Shown: positions 14,346-27,255, counted from the stretch's first letter. The stretch: 64,000 nt of DNA from Felis catus (GCF_018350175.1 NC_058368.1:205346001-205410000), one strand, 5' to 3'. The notes: generated by a model from the sequence alone, not told the origin. A program made the numbers and translations.

Positions 14346-15891
14346 AAATCAATGTAGCCAATATAGAATCTGAAAATTATCAATGGTTTTGAGCTAATAG
14401 ATAGCTATAAAATATTCTACCTAACAACTACAGAATATAAACTCTTTTCAAGTTCATGTAGCATATTCACCAGAATAGACCATAAAGCTGGGCCACAAAG
14501 CAAGACTCAACAAATTTAAACAGATTGAAATTTTAGAGTGTGCTCTCTGAAAAAAGAGATTTAATTACATGTCAATAGCAAATATTGACAAATTACCAAA
14601 TATATAGGTAATAGATATTAAACAACACTAAAACAATACTACTAAATAATCCATGGATTGAAAAGTAATCTCAAGGCATTAGAATACATTTTAACTGCAT
14701 AATAATAAATACAAAATATTTCAAAATGTGTTCATGCTGCTATAGAGGGCTTAGGAGAAAATAGATAGCTTTAAATGCTTATTTTAAAAAAACGAGAATC
14801 AAATACCTAAATTTCTATCTTAAATAATAGAAATGAAAAAAAGGAACTAGAAAAGAGAAAATGAAAGTTCAAAAAAATTGTAAAGCAGAAAAAGAGAAGT
14901 TAGAGCATAAATCAATGAAATGCAGAATAAATCAATAAAAACCAAAAGGTGTTTGAGAATAAAATTTCAGCCAGACTGCTCAAGAAGAAAAATGACACAA
15001 GTTACCAATATCAGAAATCAATGAGGTGACAAACTACAAATAAGAAAAGGAAATATTGGCATAATAACATAAGGAATTCCATGGAATATCTCCCTAGACA
15101 AACTGGAGAAAATTATTTTTAAACAAACACCATTTAAAGACTCTGTAAATGGTCCCCAAAGCATACAGCAAATGAAGAAGCATTTTTTAAAAGTCCACTA
15201 AAACTCAGTAAGAACATCAAGTGTCTGGGATTTGAGCCAAGACTCACTGCCTCCTTCCCTCCTCTAACTCAGCAAGATGGAAATGCCAATCTAGACTGTG
15301 GCAGCCAAGGAAGCAAAACCATACTACCTAAGTTGGAGAAATATCTTCCCAGGAGCAGGATGTTAGCATTTCCCATCCAGTCCCCGACTACCATGCTGCT
15401 GAAACCAAGTTCTGGATGAGTGTACCCAAGACACAGGAGTTACCTTTTTTGGAGTAGCACCCACTCATAGGTTGTAGGCTATATCTTGGGTCCAGTGCCA
15501 CTAATACTACTACACTTTTTTTTTTTAACACTAACCCTAATGCTAACGCAAATACTATGCTCTTTTTATTACAATCTTAAAATTCCTCACTTCCAATGTG
15601 ACAGGAAAGCTGTAACATTTCCTCTGCAAAGTGCAATTTGTGAGGATGTCTTATGAACATGTCTTAATGGAATGTTTTCTCTAGGAGGATGGAATACAAT
15701 TTGACTTTAGAACCTTATGAGCCTTCAAAGTTATCTGAAATAGCAAGAACTTCCAGGAAAGTTATTTTCACTTAATTAGTATTAAATATGATACCAAGTT
15801 AATTTCTACTGTCTCAGGAGAAAACCCAGAAGTTGTATGACCGTAATATTAAATGCAATTCCAAAGAATATTCCAGCCTATAAGCAATATA

Positions 15892-16057
15892 TTTATTAAG
15901 AATACATAAAAGCTTCTGATAACCAGTTAAGGACCCTTGAAAAGAACCTATAGAAAATTTGGCAAATTTGGTATTTTCCACCAGGGCAATCTCTGAACTG
16001 AAAAGAGAAATCACAAGGAATGACAGAGGTACAAACTTGTTTTTTCTAGAATTTAAT
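15892..16057 (-). terminator. FBXO4: Candidate FBXO4 polyadenylation signals
   Basis: ATTAAA at 16052-16057 and AATAAA at 15892-15897 on -; a further AATAAA at 15565-15570; the one used cannot be read from sequence. Confidence 0.45.
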
Positions 16058-16324
16058 ATTTTAAAAAAGAAAAATATAAAAGTTATCAAAAAAATCTTAA
16101 AGGGTTCATTTTGGGGCTAAATACTAGCACTGAAAGTTTTTTTCTTGTAATTGATTTAAGGTAAAAAGTAAAAATCATGTAAAAAACATAGCAGCTACAG
16201 CTGTTCCAACATAAAGCCCACCTGCAAAAAGGCAGGACAAAATGAGCTGACTGAGCAAATATCCACATCATGACCTCAGTAACAGGTTTCAAATGGTTTC
16301 AGTTCTCAAGGTCTAAAAGAAGGA

Positions 16325-16414
16325 TCATCTTGCATGCTTAGACTCTACTTCTTCAAGAATCCACTGAATGCCATTCAAAAAACCAGTTAGAGTTTCAGCC
16401 TCTGTATCCTGGAC
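16325..16414 (-). CDS. FBXO4: FBXO4 coding exon 7 (terminal, stop TGA)
   Basis: tag|GTCCAG; VQDTEAETLTGFLNGIQWILEEVESKHAR*; exon lengths 189+236+221+76+176+176+90=1164 nt = 387 aa + stop. Confidence 0.95.
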   Translation of the reverse strand, partial: VQDTEAETLTGFLNGIQWILEEVESKHAR

Positions 16415-16818
16415 CTATGAGCAGATAAGAGAGATCACTGTAAGAAACTGAGTCCAAAATCTTATGATTAAAAGAAACATTTTTCTAGATACTAACAAAA
16501 GAATACAGTTTAAAAAATCCCAATAAACTTTGGGTGAGTCATTCAAATTTTGTCTTCTATGTAACTTAGATAAAAAAAAATATGATCTTCTCTTATGTCT
16601 ATAATTTATTACCAATATAAGGCTTATTACGTATCTTAGAACTCAGCTTTGGGAATGGGAAGAACTATCATTTCAATGACTTGTTTGTATCAGAAAAAAA
16701 AAAATTCTCCAAAATATCCACTTTGAAAATTAAAACATTTTTGAAAGAATCCAGCTACTCAGATGATAAATGTGATATCCAGTTGCAAAAACGTGTCTTT
16801 GAGACTGCCACTCTTCTT

Positions 16819-17043
16819 GGGGCGCCTGGGTGGCTCAGTTGGTTAAGCGTCAGACTTCGGCTCAGGTCATGATCTAGTGGTTCGTGAGTTCAAGCCCCGC
16901 GTCATGCTCTGTGCTGACAGCTCAGAACCTGGAGCCTGTTTCAGATTCTGTGTCTCCCTCTCTCTCTCTGACCCTCTCCCCGTTCATGCTCTGTCTCTCT
17001 ATGTCTCAAAAATAAATAAACGTTTAAAAAAAAATTTTTTAAA
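16819..17043 (+). mobile_element. CAN-SINE with 17-bp TSD in FBXO4 intron 6
   Basis: TSD agactgccactcttctt at 16802-16818 and 17044-17060. Confidence 0.95.
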
Positions 17044-17628
17044 AGACTGCCACTCTTCTTAATGGTAAACTAAAACTCCCACCACCCAGGAAGGGACGCC
17101 TTTATCAGTTGTTTCGAACTGTGTTCCAAAGAGTCTTCAGGGCTCTGTGGAAGGTGTAGGGGGAGGAAGGAAGAAAATCCTGTAACTTTTTAAGCATAAG
17201 TATTTCCAATTTTAATTTTTCTTTATTTTACCTAGGAGCTTTCATGTAAGGTGTCATTGAAGAAAGGGTTCCATGAGTAAAATAAAATTTGGAAAGCAAG
17301 AAATAGTAAGATAGAACTTGCATTTTTGATGACCGTTAGAGCATAATACATTCATGTTTAAAAAAAACATGACACCAACGTCAAAAAAAAAAAAAAAAAA
17401 AACAATGGCCAACTGATTTACTGTATCTATGGTAGGAAAGGCAAGTAGAGAACAAATTGATCAGGTGAAACAGTGATACCAACTGACTATCTCCCACTGA
17501 TTAAGCTATTAAAACTAACTTTAGAATGTGATTTCATTAAAGAGAATGAGTAGGAAAGAATAAAATCAAATAGAGAATAGTGAAAAATAAAAGTAAGATT
17601 TTTCTCACCAGAGAAAGTAAGACCTTAC

Positions 17629-17804
17629 CATCCATGGGTGGTTCAGAAGATTTAGACGCAGCTCATGAGCCAAATAAAAACAAGGCATTCTTTTTACATC
17701 TGCTTGAGAAATACAAGATAAAACCAGCATAGGTCTTCCTGAAGATCCAAAAGCTGGATCTGTCATTGCCATAATACGAGAAAATTCATCTTGCCATTCA
17801 TGTC
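17629..17804 (-). CDS. FBXO4: FBXO4 coding exon 6
   Basis: tag|GACAT...ATG|gtaagg; 176 nt; RHEWQDEFSRIMAMTDPAFGSSGRPMLVLSCISQADVKRMPCFYLAHELRLNLLNHPWM. Confidence 0.95.
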
Positions 17805-18218
17805 CTAGAGAATGTAGTCAAACCCTTAATTTGCATTACTTATAGTGATTTTTAAAATAAACAAAACAAGGAAATAAAAAAAAATCACCAGGATCCAAAC
17901 ATAATAAAGTGCCTATATTGCTGTTTATTAACAGCTGTTCATTTACGATCTATCATAAAATTACATTAAGTAGTCTTCAAGGATAGGAATTTTGGTAATA
18001 TTAGAGGGCAAAAATAGTCACAGTACCATTCAGATGTCTTTACAGTTTGAAAATAAAAATACTTTGATATAGATATTTTCCTCTCACAAATCTTGTAGCT
18101 AAAACTACCCTTTCTTTCAAAGGCCTTAGTTTAAACAATTTAAACATATAGTTGAATCCAGCTCTTTATTAAAACTAGCAATCTTTGCCTTTCTTTGGAG
18201 CGTATAAATCATTGACAT

Positions 18219-18790
18219 TGTGAGGTAGTCAAAATTCTAAAAGGTCTCCCAATGATTCACACCATTGTATAATCTCTTACCCTTCAAGTGTGGGAGGAAT
18301 CTAGAATCAGTGATGGGATATCACTGCCCTGAGCAGACTACATGATAAGACAAATATGACTTCAAGAATGAGAGATTATCCTCAGTGAAGCTGACCTAAG
18401 AGAAGAGATGAAGTTCTCTTGGTGAGAAAGATTCTGTATTGGCTGGATCTGAAGACAAGAGGGAGTCACAAGGCAAGAAATGAAGATAGCTTCTAAAAGC
18501 TGATTCAGCCCCAGCTGACAGTCAGTAAGAAAACAGCTCAGTCCTACAACAGTAAGGAACGGAATTCAGCCAGTAATTTCAGTGAGTTAGGAAGCAGATT
18601 TTTCCCCAGAGCCACCAGAAAGTGATGCAACCCATCTCACCCTGATTTCAGCCTGTAAAACCCTAAGCTGAGAACCCAACCATGCTGTGCAAACTTCTGA
18701 TATAGAGAACTATAGGCTAATAAACAGGTGTTGTTTTAAGCCACTAGGTTGGAGAGAATCTGTTATATATTAATAGAAAATGAATGAACA
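18219..18790 (+). mobile_element. MaLR (MLT1-type) solo LTR in FBXO4 intron 5
   Basis: Begins tgtg, contains gagattatcct and gtgttgttttaagccacta, ends ...aca. Confidence 0.75.
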
Positions 18791-19134
18791 TTATAATGTG
18801 ATTATCAACAGGGTCCATTTAAATCTATCATAGATCTCTTAGATTTTTTTACTTGTCCCATCTGTTCTTTGTTCCTTTATCCTACCTTCTTTGGACTGTG
18901 TTTTGTAATGATTCCATTTTACCTTAACTACCGACTTATTTAATTGTACGTCTCTCACACATTTTTTAGTGGTTGCTCAAGGATTTACAATGTACATTTT
19001 TAACTTGTAACAGTCTACTTAGTATTATACAACTTTACATATAGGAGAACCTTGTACCGGTGAATTTCCATTTGTTCTCTTCCATGCTGTTTGTATTATT
19101 ATATATCTTAAAAATATCATATAGCCACAAATAC

Positions 19135-19360
19135 ATTATTTTTTTTTATTTTTTATGTTTTTTTTTTATTTTTGAGAGAGAGAAAGACAGCATGCAAGCA
19201 GAGGAGGGGCAGAGAGAAAGGGAGACACAGAATCCAAAGCAGGCTCCAGGCTCTGAGCTGTCAGCACAGAGCCCGACATGGGGCTCGAACTCACGAGTCA
19301 TGAGATCATGACCTGAGCCGAAGTCGGACGTTCAACTGACTGAGCCAACCAGGTGCCCCC
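19135..19360 (-). mobile_element. CAN-SINE in FBXO4 intron 5
   Basis: Reverse SINE consensus motifs. Confidence 0.9.
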
Positions 19361-19419
19361 ACGATAATTGTTATTATTTTTCCTTCACATAATTATAAAA
19401 AAGTTAAATTAAGGGAAAG

Positions 19420-19490
19420 TATATGGACATATATATATATATATGGACATATATACATATGGACATATATATATATATATATATATATAG
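19420..19490. repeat. tatggacatatata repeats and (TA)n microsatellite
   Basis: Directly visible. Confidence 0.9.
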
Positions 19491-20045
19491 AAACAGTGTA
19501 GCCATCCCAGGGCTCCTCTTTTTTTTTTTTAAGATCCAATTTTCTATCTGGTATCACAGTCTTCTGCTTGAAGAGCTTTCTTTAATATTTCTTGTAATGC
19601 AAATCTGCAGATAATGAACTTTCTCAGGTTTTGTCTGAAAGTCTTGATTCTGTCTTCATTTTTGAAAGGTACCTTTGCTGGATGTAAGATTTTTCCTGCT
19701 TTACAATACTGTAAAGACTTCCCTTCACTGCCTTCAGCAATTCTTTCAGGAATTCTGTGTCTTTATCTTTGGCCCTCTCTATGTATGCTTCCTTTTGCTT
19801 TCACTGCCTTCAAGATAATCTCTTAGTCTTTGGTTTTCATCAGTTTGGCTATAATGTATCTAGATGTATTTTTTACTTATGTATTTTATTTATTTATTTA
19901 TTTGGAGTTCTCTGAGTATCTTGGATCTATGGTCTGTTGTCTTTTAGTTATTTTGAAATACATTTGGCCATTATCTGTTCAAAAATTTCTTTTTCCTTAT
20001 TTTATTTCTTCATGTTTTGGGACGATCAGTTACACATGAGTTAGA

Positions 20046-20251
20046 TCAGGGATTGGCAATACTACATTCTATGGATCTGTTTTTATAAATATAAATTTTT
20101 TCTAAAACAGTCATGCCCATTCACTATAAATTCCCTATGGCTACTTTTGCACTTTAACAGCCGAGCCGAGTAACTGTGAGAGATCATATGGCTTATTATA
20201 CACCTAAAATATTTACTATGTGGCCTCTTAAGAAAAAGTATGCTGACCCCT
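20046..20251. mobile_element. MER58-like hAT DNA transposon
   Basis: Imperfect terminal inverted repeats caggggattggcaa ... tgctgacccct; internal aaatatttactatgtggcc. Confidence 0.7.
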
Positions 20252-21199
20252 CAGTTGTTTCCCTTGATGGGTTCCCCCAGTTCTTAGATGCTCCCCACTC
20301 CTCTTTTCTCTATGTTTTAATTTGGATAATTTCAATTAATTTATCTTCAGGTTCACCAAAGGTTTATTTCCTTAAGTCTATTAAGGAAACTGTTCACCTG
20401 TTTCCCGTTCACCTGTTATATATTCACATTTAGCATTCCCATTTTATGTTTTCATAACTTCCTCCTCCTCTGCTGAAAATCCCTATCTGTTCACACATAT
20501 TTTCCACTTTTTCCACTAGATCCTTTAACATATTAATCATAGTTATTTCAATGTCCCTGAGAGTGGCAACATCTGGGTCATCTCTGGGTCTGATTCCACT
20601 GATTGCTTTGTCTCTGGACAATGGGTCGTTTTTTATTTTTTTGTGTCTTATAATTTTTAATTTAATGTTAAATATTTTATGTAAAAGAACAGTAGAGACT
20701 GAGTTAAAGAAAATCTATTCCCAGACAGGGGCATGCTGCTTCTTCTGTTAGGTGACTAATGCAGTGGTTGAGTCCAACCAGTCAGTAGTTGAGCTGGACT
20801 TAGCTTTTGCTGCTGTGGTTAACTTCAGTGCATCATAAACTTTAAATTCTTTCGGCAGTTGAGTGGCTACTGCTACCTTGTTCTGAGTGAGGACAATGTA
20901 TTATATATTCATGCCCTAACTTATTCACAAAAGATTTTGGAGAAAAATTATAATACTCGCTTGTGACCCAGTAATACTCTGATTTTATGCCTAAATAACA
21001 ATGTGAAGGGCAATTATTCTGAATACGTAGTGAGTGTTAACTAATCTACTTAATTAAATACTCCACCCCACACATCTGGACAACTGAAACAAAGGTAAAA
21101 ATTTTTCAGTTATCTGCATAAATTATTTGAACAGAACCAGAAGCAGACAAAACATCAATAACAAGTGCAGAAGCATACAGCAAAGAAATACTATGTAGT

Positions 21200-21376
21200 T
21201 ATAGTATCAAACTTTGATATGCATCAGAATTCTGTAAGTGCTCATTAAAAAAACAGATACCCAAGAACCAACCCAAATCTATGAATTAAAATCCATCAGA
21301 GTAGGAATCAGGCAGGTATGTTTTTAACAAGCTCCCCAAGTGATCGTAATGCACATCAAAGTTTGAAAGCCCACTA
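21200..21376. mobile_element. MER5A-like hAT DNA transposon
   Basis: gcatcagaat ... tttttaacaagctccccaagtgat...gcacatcaaagtttgaaagcccact. Confidence 0.7.
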
Positions 21377-21524
21377 TTAACAGTAATGGTCATAGAATCA
21401 CATTTATTAAATTAACCATCATATTCTTAAAAAGTCACAGTAAAGCCTAAAAATGTCTTATTTAATTTGCAAAAAAAGAAAAAAAAGAAACATGCTCTTA
21501 AAAAGAAAATAAGATAATGCTTAC

Positions 21525-21700
21525 TTTTATGAGCTTCAGCGTTTGCAACATAGATGAACCCATCAACAACTTCACACACCTTCTGAATTTGTGGAATTAC
21601 ACTATACCGGCTTCCTTGCTGATCATCTCCTTCATTCTGTAGACTGAACATCTTGTTAACAGCACTTGTATGTTCTTCTCTTGCTCTATCTCTTTCCTTT
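21525..21700 (-). CDS. FBXO4: FBXO4 coding exon 5
   Basis: tag|AAAGG...AAAA|gtaagc; 176 nt; RKERDRAREEHTSAVNKMF...VVDGFIYVANAEAHK. Confidence 0.95.
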
Positions 21701-21810
21701 CTATAAGAAAAATGTAAATATAAAATGTAAACAGACACTAAACAAGCACCATCCCCCTAAAGTATCGAAGTCCTGATGCCTCAGGTAGGCCACCAAGTAG
21801 GCAGCCTTAC

Positions 21811-21886
21811 CTGGTAGTGGAATATAATATCAGGATGTTGAATTTATGTTGGTTGCTCAACTGAAAACTGACTCCTGATCCAATAC
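21811..21886 (-). CDS. FBXO4: FBXO4 coding exon 4
   Basis: tag|GTATTG...ACCAG|gtaagg; 76 nt; GIGSGVSFQLSNQHKFNILILYSTT. Confidence 0.95.
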
Positions 21887-22289
21887 CTAAAGAAGAAAAT
21901 TTCAGTTATCAAAACAAGTCATTAATAAATATAGAAAAACATCAGATAGAAAAAAATTACCCAGTGCAAGCAAAATGAGCAACTAAAAAGTCCATGACAA
22001 GTTACACACAGCTTTGGAATAAAATGAAATGTTTATGTTGAAGAAAAGATGCCATATGCAATTTTCATTTATATGGCAATAAAAATATGGATAAAGAACA
22101 AAAAACTGCTAGGCTTAGAGCTTTCCCTTCTGTATCATATCAGTAGCAGCTGCACCATAACAGCTACTATCTATCCTCAAGATTCATTTACCAATTTTTA
22201 TGTTTCTCATTAGTCATATGCTCCATGTATACATTCAGTGAAATGGCTTTTTTCTCCTTCTGAAAATGTTTTTAAATTGATGGGGAGTC

Positions 22290-22527
22290 GGGGCACCTGG
22301 GTGGCTCAGTCGCTTGAGCGTCTGACTTCGGCTCAGGTCATGATCTCACAGCTCGTGAGTTTGAGCCCCGCGTCGGGCTCTGCTGACAGCTCAGAGCCTG
22401 GAGCCTGCTTCAGATTTTGTGTCTCCCTCTCTCTCTGCCCCTAACCCACTCACATTCCGTCTCGGTCTCTCTCAAAAATAAATAAACATTAAGAAAAAAA
22501 ATTTTTTTAAATATATATATATACATA
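22290..22527 (+). mobile_element. CAN-SINE in FBXO4 intron 3
   Basis: Flanking repeat taaattgatgggga(g/c)tc; (TA)n in tail. Confidence 0.92.
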
Positions 22528-22749
22528 TAAATTGATGGGGACTCACCAGTATCACCTCAGAAAATTGAGGAAATATGCAGATAGTGAAATTTGGAATTAG
22601 ACTTGGGTTATAATCTGCATTTGCCACACACTGTCATATTTTGTGAGCCAAAGTTTTGACATCAAAATAGAGAAATACATACTTCCTAGAGATACTGTAA
22701 GCATTAAATGAGACTGTATATGTAAAACTCCTAGCTAAACACTAGCTTC

Positions 22750-24945
22750 TTACTACCTTTACCTGAATCATTCAACATTGTCATTTGTCCTTCTTTCTTA
22801 ACATCTTCCCTTCTTTGGATGTGTTAACACTCAGGAGCTGATTCTCCTCTTGCATTATGAAAAGATCCCTCTTTCTTCTATGGCTCTATTTCTTTTTGCT
22901 ATGTAAATGTCCTTTTAGATCTATTTCTCTCCATCCTCACTCCCTCCTTTTAGTCTAAATTATCATACCTATCACCTGGACTTTTGCAATCACTTTTTAC
23001 CAGTCTCCTACATCCACTTTCGTCCCCTACTGTCCACTCTTCTGACAGCAACTGGAGAGATGGCTTGAAAATGCCTATCTAATTATTTCTCTTTCCTTCA
23101 AAGCCATCGCTCTTCAAAAACAACTTAATATAATCTCACGTTTACTTACCTCTTTAGGACAACTCCATCTTTCATATTATCGATCCATGAATTACAGCCA
23201 ATCTAGTTACTTAAATAAACCCGCCATGCCATCCTATGTCACCATTCCAGGCAACACATAGGTAGAGATCCTGGTGGCTGAGACTGCAAGCATGACCCTA
23301 GTCCCCTGGCCACCAGGTCTGGTACACAAATTCCCCAAAGAGATCCCCAAAGAGATCCCCAAAGAGATCAAAGAAACAAATTCTACTATATCTCTGATTT
23401 TTGTTTTTCTCAGTTTAATTTCCAGAGATTACCCTCTCAATACATCTAACCTCAGCCCAGTATGATCTCCATGCTGTTCTGTACCACCTTGCCAATGACC
23501 CATCCCTCTATTCTTCCCTGATCTTGTGGCGTTTGAGGCATAATTGGATTGGCATTTTCAAAACAAACACTTCTGCTGTTGTCTGAAGAATAAAATTAAC
23601 GTTTCATCATCAGCAAATTTCCCCATATCCCCAACCTCTTCTTAAAGTGTTCCACCTCACAGCCTTATCTGAAACTGGCCTGCCCTTAAATGCTGCTTTT
23701 CTTGCAGAAGACTCTCAATTAACAAAATTGCTTATCCTCTCATATCTCAGGACAAAGAGGTGGAGTCAATGTTCTCTTTACTCCTCACTTCCATGTCCTA
23801 TTACTCACCAGCTCTCTTTGAAACTTCATCTCTTTTTGGACACACCATTCAGCTGCAGGACCATCTCCCCTTCCTCAGCCTCATCATTTATGATATCCAT
23901 GACATTTAGGATGTTATTTATTACATTTGACAACCCCTTCCTCTAAACATTCACTGAAGATTTCAGCACCTGGTTCACAATATTCCTCTCTATACTCAAA
24001 AACTCTCAAGTCTACACAGACACCCTATGATTTCCCAATCTTGATTTCTAACCTAGATCTTACTCTTAAGATCTGGATGCATAGAGTAATCCACAAAGTC
24101 ATTTGTTCATTCATTCATCAAATATACATGTTGACAATCTATTACATGCCTGACAGCCAAGAATAAAGCTAGCCTGCCCTAATGCAGCTTCCACACAAGT
24201 GGATTGCTTATAGCAGGCATCTCTACTTATATCTCCCAGAGTTATCAAAGTCAGCATACTCCAAAGAGTGGCTGTCATTCTCCCTATATAGATCTCTATA
24301 AAGTTTCTCCTCCTCCTCCTGTGTTTCCTTATCCTAGTGAATGGCACCATCATCCAATATGAAAACCACATCAGAAATACTGCCAATACATAATCAGTCA
24401 ACACTGTATCCTTCATACTTTCTTCACAATATTATAGTGGTTTCTTAATGAGTCTCCACATCTTTATAGCCTCTTCTAATCAATTTTCCACTTAGAAGCC
24501 AGATCTTTCTCAAATACAATCTTGATCATCTCGCTCTTCTGCTTAAAATCTTTCGACAGCTCCCAAATGCTTAAGCATGACATACAGGTGTCTTCTCACC
24601 TAGCCTCACTGTAGACACATAGAGCTACTTCAAAAGGTCACATGTATCCAGAATTTTGTGCTTTTAGAAATGTAGTGCTCACTGCTCATAATACTTTTAC
24701 CCTTATTTTAATGGCCTCTTTTAATTCATCTTAATGACTCAAATAAGGCATCATGTTCAACATGGAGCCTTCTTTGACCCTTATCTTTCTACCCAGGAGG
24801 CTAATTATACCATACACGAATCACCTTCATACTTGTCTCTGCCCTTACCTAAACTAAGTATCTTCAGGACAAAGATTGCTGATGTTTGTTTTAAATCTCT
24901 GCACCTTTAGTATCTAATAGGTGCTGTCGATAAATGAATGAGGAA
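22750..24945 (+). mobile_element. L2 LINE remnants
   Basis: Pyrimidine-rich; cctagtgaatggcaccatcatcca; ends taaatgaatga; boundaries approximate. Confidence 0.55.
23332..23369. repeat. 12-bp tandem repeat x3 (tccccaaagaga)
   Basis: Perfect units at 23332, 23344 and 23356. Confidence 0.95.
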
Positions 24946-25417
24946 AGCATAAGCTAGATTATACTGTTAGGTATGTTTATTATATCTCCTGCATGCCAAC
25001 TAACTTATCATTTTCATAGAAAGAAGAGGAAAGTATTAATTGAGGTCTTTTTAAAAATTCCAATATATAGCAAAGTACTTTGCACACAGTAGATGCTGAA
25101 TGATTTTTGCTGTTAACATTCTTTTAACATATGGTAAATACTGTACAAACATCTTGATAACATATAACTTACTTTCATATAATCTTACATTCTGGATTAC
25201 ACAAACTTGAGAAAATAAAGGAAAGCTCACCTCTTATAAAAAAGTAAATCAATTCTTTCAACCCACTGGGACCAAGGAGGGGGCTCCTATTCACCAAATT
25301 ACTATTATTTCATTACATCAAAGATGTAATTAATTAAAAATTAATTTATTATTCAACATAAGTATCAAGTTCAAAGTGCTTTAGTTATTATATACTATAG
25401 ATTAACATGAAAATTAC

Positions 25418-25638
25418 CATCAATCTGCCTCTGAGGCAAGCCAGCTGTTGGGCAAAGCTCCTGAGAAGACATCAAGCTCAACACCAAAGATGTATTCAGT
25501 TCTTCCAAACCTGGTCCAAACATAGCAAATCGTGGTTCATTCTGAATGATCAATGAGTGTAAAAATGACGTGACAGCTCCATACATAGGACGGCTAGATT
25601 TCAAGGATCTTCTTGTATATGGACAGCACATTTTATAG
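25418..25638 (-). CDS. FBXO4: FBXO4 coding exon 3
   Basis: tag|CTAT...GATG|gtaatt; 221 nt; YKMCCPYTRR...EPRFAMFGPGLEELNTSLVLSLMSS...RQID. Confidence 0.95.
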
Positions 25639-25977
25639 CTATATAAAATTGTCACAATTAGAAAATCAGGACAGAAAAAAATCTAGGCAGTTATTCATTC
25701 AACAATATATAGTTTATTGAGAACCTGCTAGACACAAGAGATATAATAATTATGTAGTTAGAATCCTCATGGAGGGACATGGAGGACAGATACCATTATA
25801 ATATGTATGCTGAATGCCAGACAGGAAAAAACAAAGGCGCTCTGGGAGTAGAAGTGGTCCAGAAGCTGAAAAAGTTTTCCCCAGGAAGTAGTTACTTACT
25901 CTCTAATCTTTCATTTAGATTTTTCTCATGGAATACTTGGTCTAACACTTGTTACAGCTGTAAAAAATTCACTACAT

Positions 25978-26175
25978 AGAGTTGTGATTCTCAGCCTTTT
26001 TTTGTCATTATGACTCTCAGGCATTTTTGTCATTACAACTGGGGGTCAGCGGGTGGTGCTACTGGTATCTAGTGGACAGAGGTAAAGAATGCTGCTAAAC
26101 ATCCTACAGTGCACAGGACAACTGGTCTAAACACCTGGTCTGAAATGTCAGTAGTGCCAAGATTGAAAAAACCAC
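25978..26175. mobile_element. MER20-like hAT DNA transposon
   Basis: gctactggtatctagtggacagagg...gctgctaaacatcctacagtgcacaggaca. Confidence 0.8.
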
Positions 26176-26295
26176 ACACTAAAGATAAACTACGTGGATA
26201 GTTAGCATAAGTATCTCTAGATGTAAAAAAAAAAAAAAAAAAAGAAAAAGAAAAAGAAAAAAATCACTAAGTCCACCAATATAACCAAATTTCTT

Positions 26296-26328
26296 TTTTT
26301 TTTAATTTTTTTTTCATGCTTACTTATT

Positions 26329-26371
<43 letters not shown>

Positions 26372-26536
26372 ATGAGTGGCCTAGGGCAGAGAGAGAGGGA
26401 CACACAGAATCCAAAGCAGGCTCCAGGCTCTGAGCTGTCAGCACAGAGCCCAACGTGGGGCTCGAACCCATGAACCTTAAGATCATAACTTGAGCCGAAG
26501 TCAGACACTTAACCAACTGAGCCACCCAGGTGCCCC
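26296..26536 (-). mobile_element. CAN-SINE in FBXO4 intron 2
   Basis: TSD taaccaaatttctt at 26282-26295 and 26537-26550. Confidence 0.93.
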
Positions 26537-26994
26537 TAACCAAATTTCTTAAGTACTCTTATTAACAGCCTCTAATGGAACAGTTTAAAAAGTGTTACAT
26601 ATACACAGAAGCTCAAATGTTCCTTATGGATAACCTAGCCAGCTAAGAAGCATGTGAAAAAAACAACTGTTTCTTTCAATAGCTATAAATTTCTAAATCA
26701 GCAATTCTACATGTTAGCAAAAATTAAAACATAGTACCCAAATAAAAATAAAACCTAAATCCCTTTAACTAAATCAAGCTGGTTGAGACAGTCACTAACC
26801 TAACAAGATAATGATCTTTATTTAGGAACCTTGTAATTCAAGAAGGAAAAAAAAAATCTACTTTGAGGCTAGGTAGATCTAGCCAAACCTTACCACTTTA
26901 TTTATATAAGCCACTTATAGTCTAAATTTAAGTTTTTTTCATCTGCATTATTTAAGCAATAACAATTAACCCAGGGTTGTATGGATCAGAAATT

Positions 26995-27255
26995 AATTTA
27001 TAGATTTAAGAAACAAAACAAATGAACAAAACAAAAGAGACCAAAAAAACCAAAAACAGACTTTTAAATACGGAGAACAAACTGGTAGTTGACAGATGAG
27101 AGGTTGGTAGGGAGACGAGTGATATAAAAGGTGTTAACAGAACACATATCAAGATGAGCCCTGAAAAGTGCATAGAATTGTTGAATCATTATATTATACA
27201 CCTGAAACTAACATAACACTGTATGTTAATTATACTTCAATAAAAAAAAAAAACT
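26995..27255 (+). mobile_element. 5'-truncated L1 3'UTR fragment
   Basis: cacctgaaactaacataacactgtatgttaattatac followed by aataaa and poly(A). Confidence 0.8.

Larger units (their letters stand above)
11860..15500 (+). mobile_element. Old L1M remnants (ORF1 and ORF2 endonuclease region)
   Basis: ataattacattagatgtaaatgacttaaac and catattcaccagaatagaccataa resemble L1 endonuclease; heavily degraded; boundaries approximate. Confidence 0.65.
18790..20900 (-). mobile_element. Old L1 fragments on minus strand, interrupted by a SINE and a MER58-like element
   Basis: ORF 20430..20621 (DIEITMINMLKDLVEKVENMCEQ) resembles L1M ORF1; T-rich on +. Confidence 0.6.

Noticed and set aside
15531..15549. Telomere-like ctaaccctaa
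   Set aside because: Fewer than two repeat units; compatible with chance.
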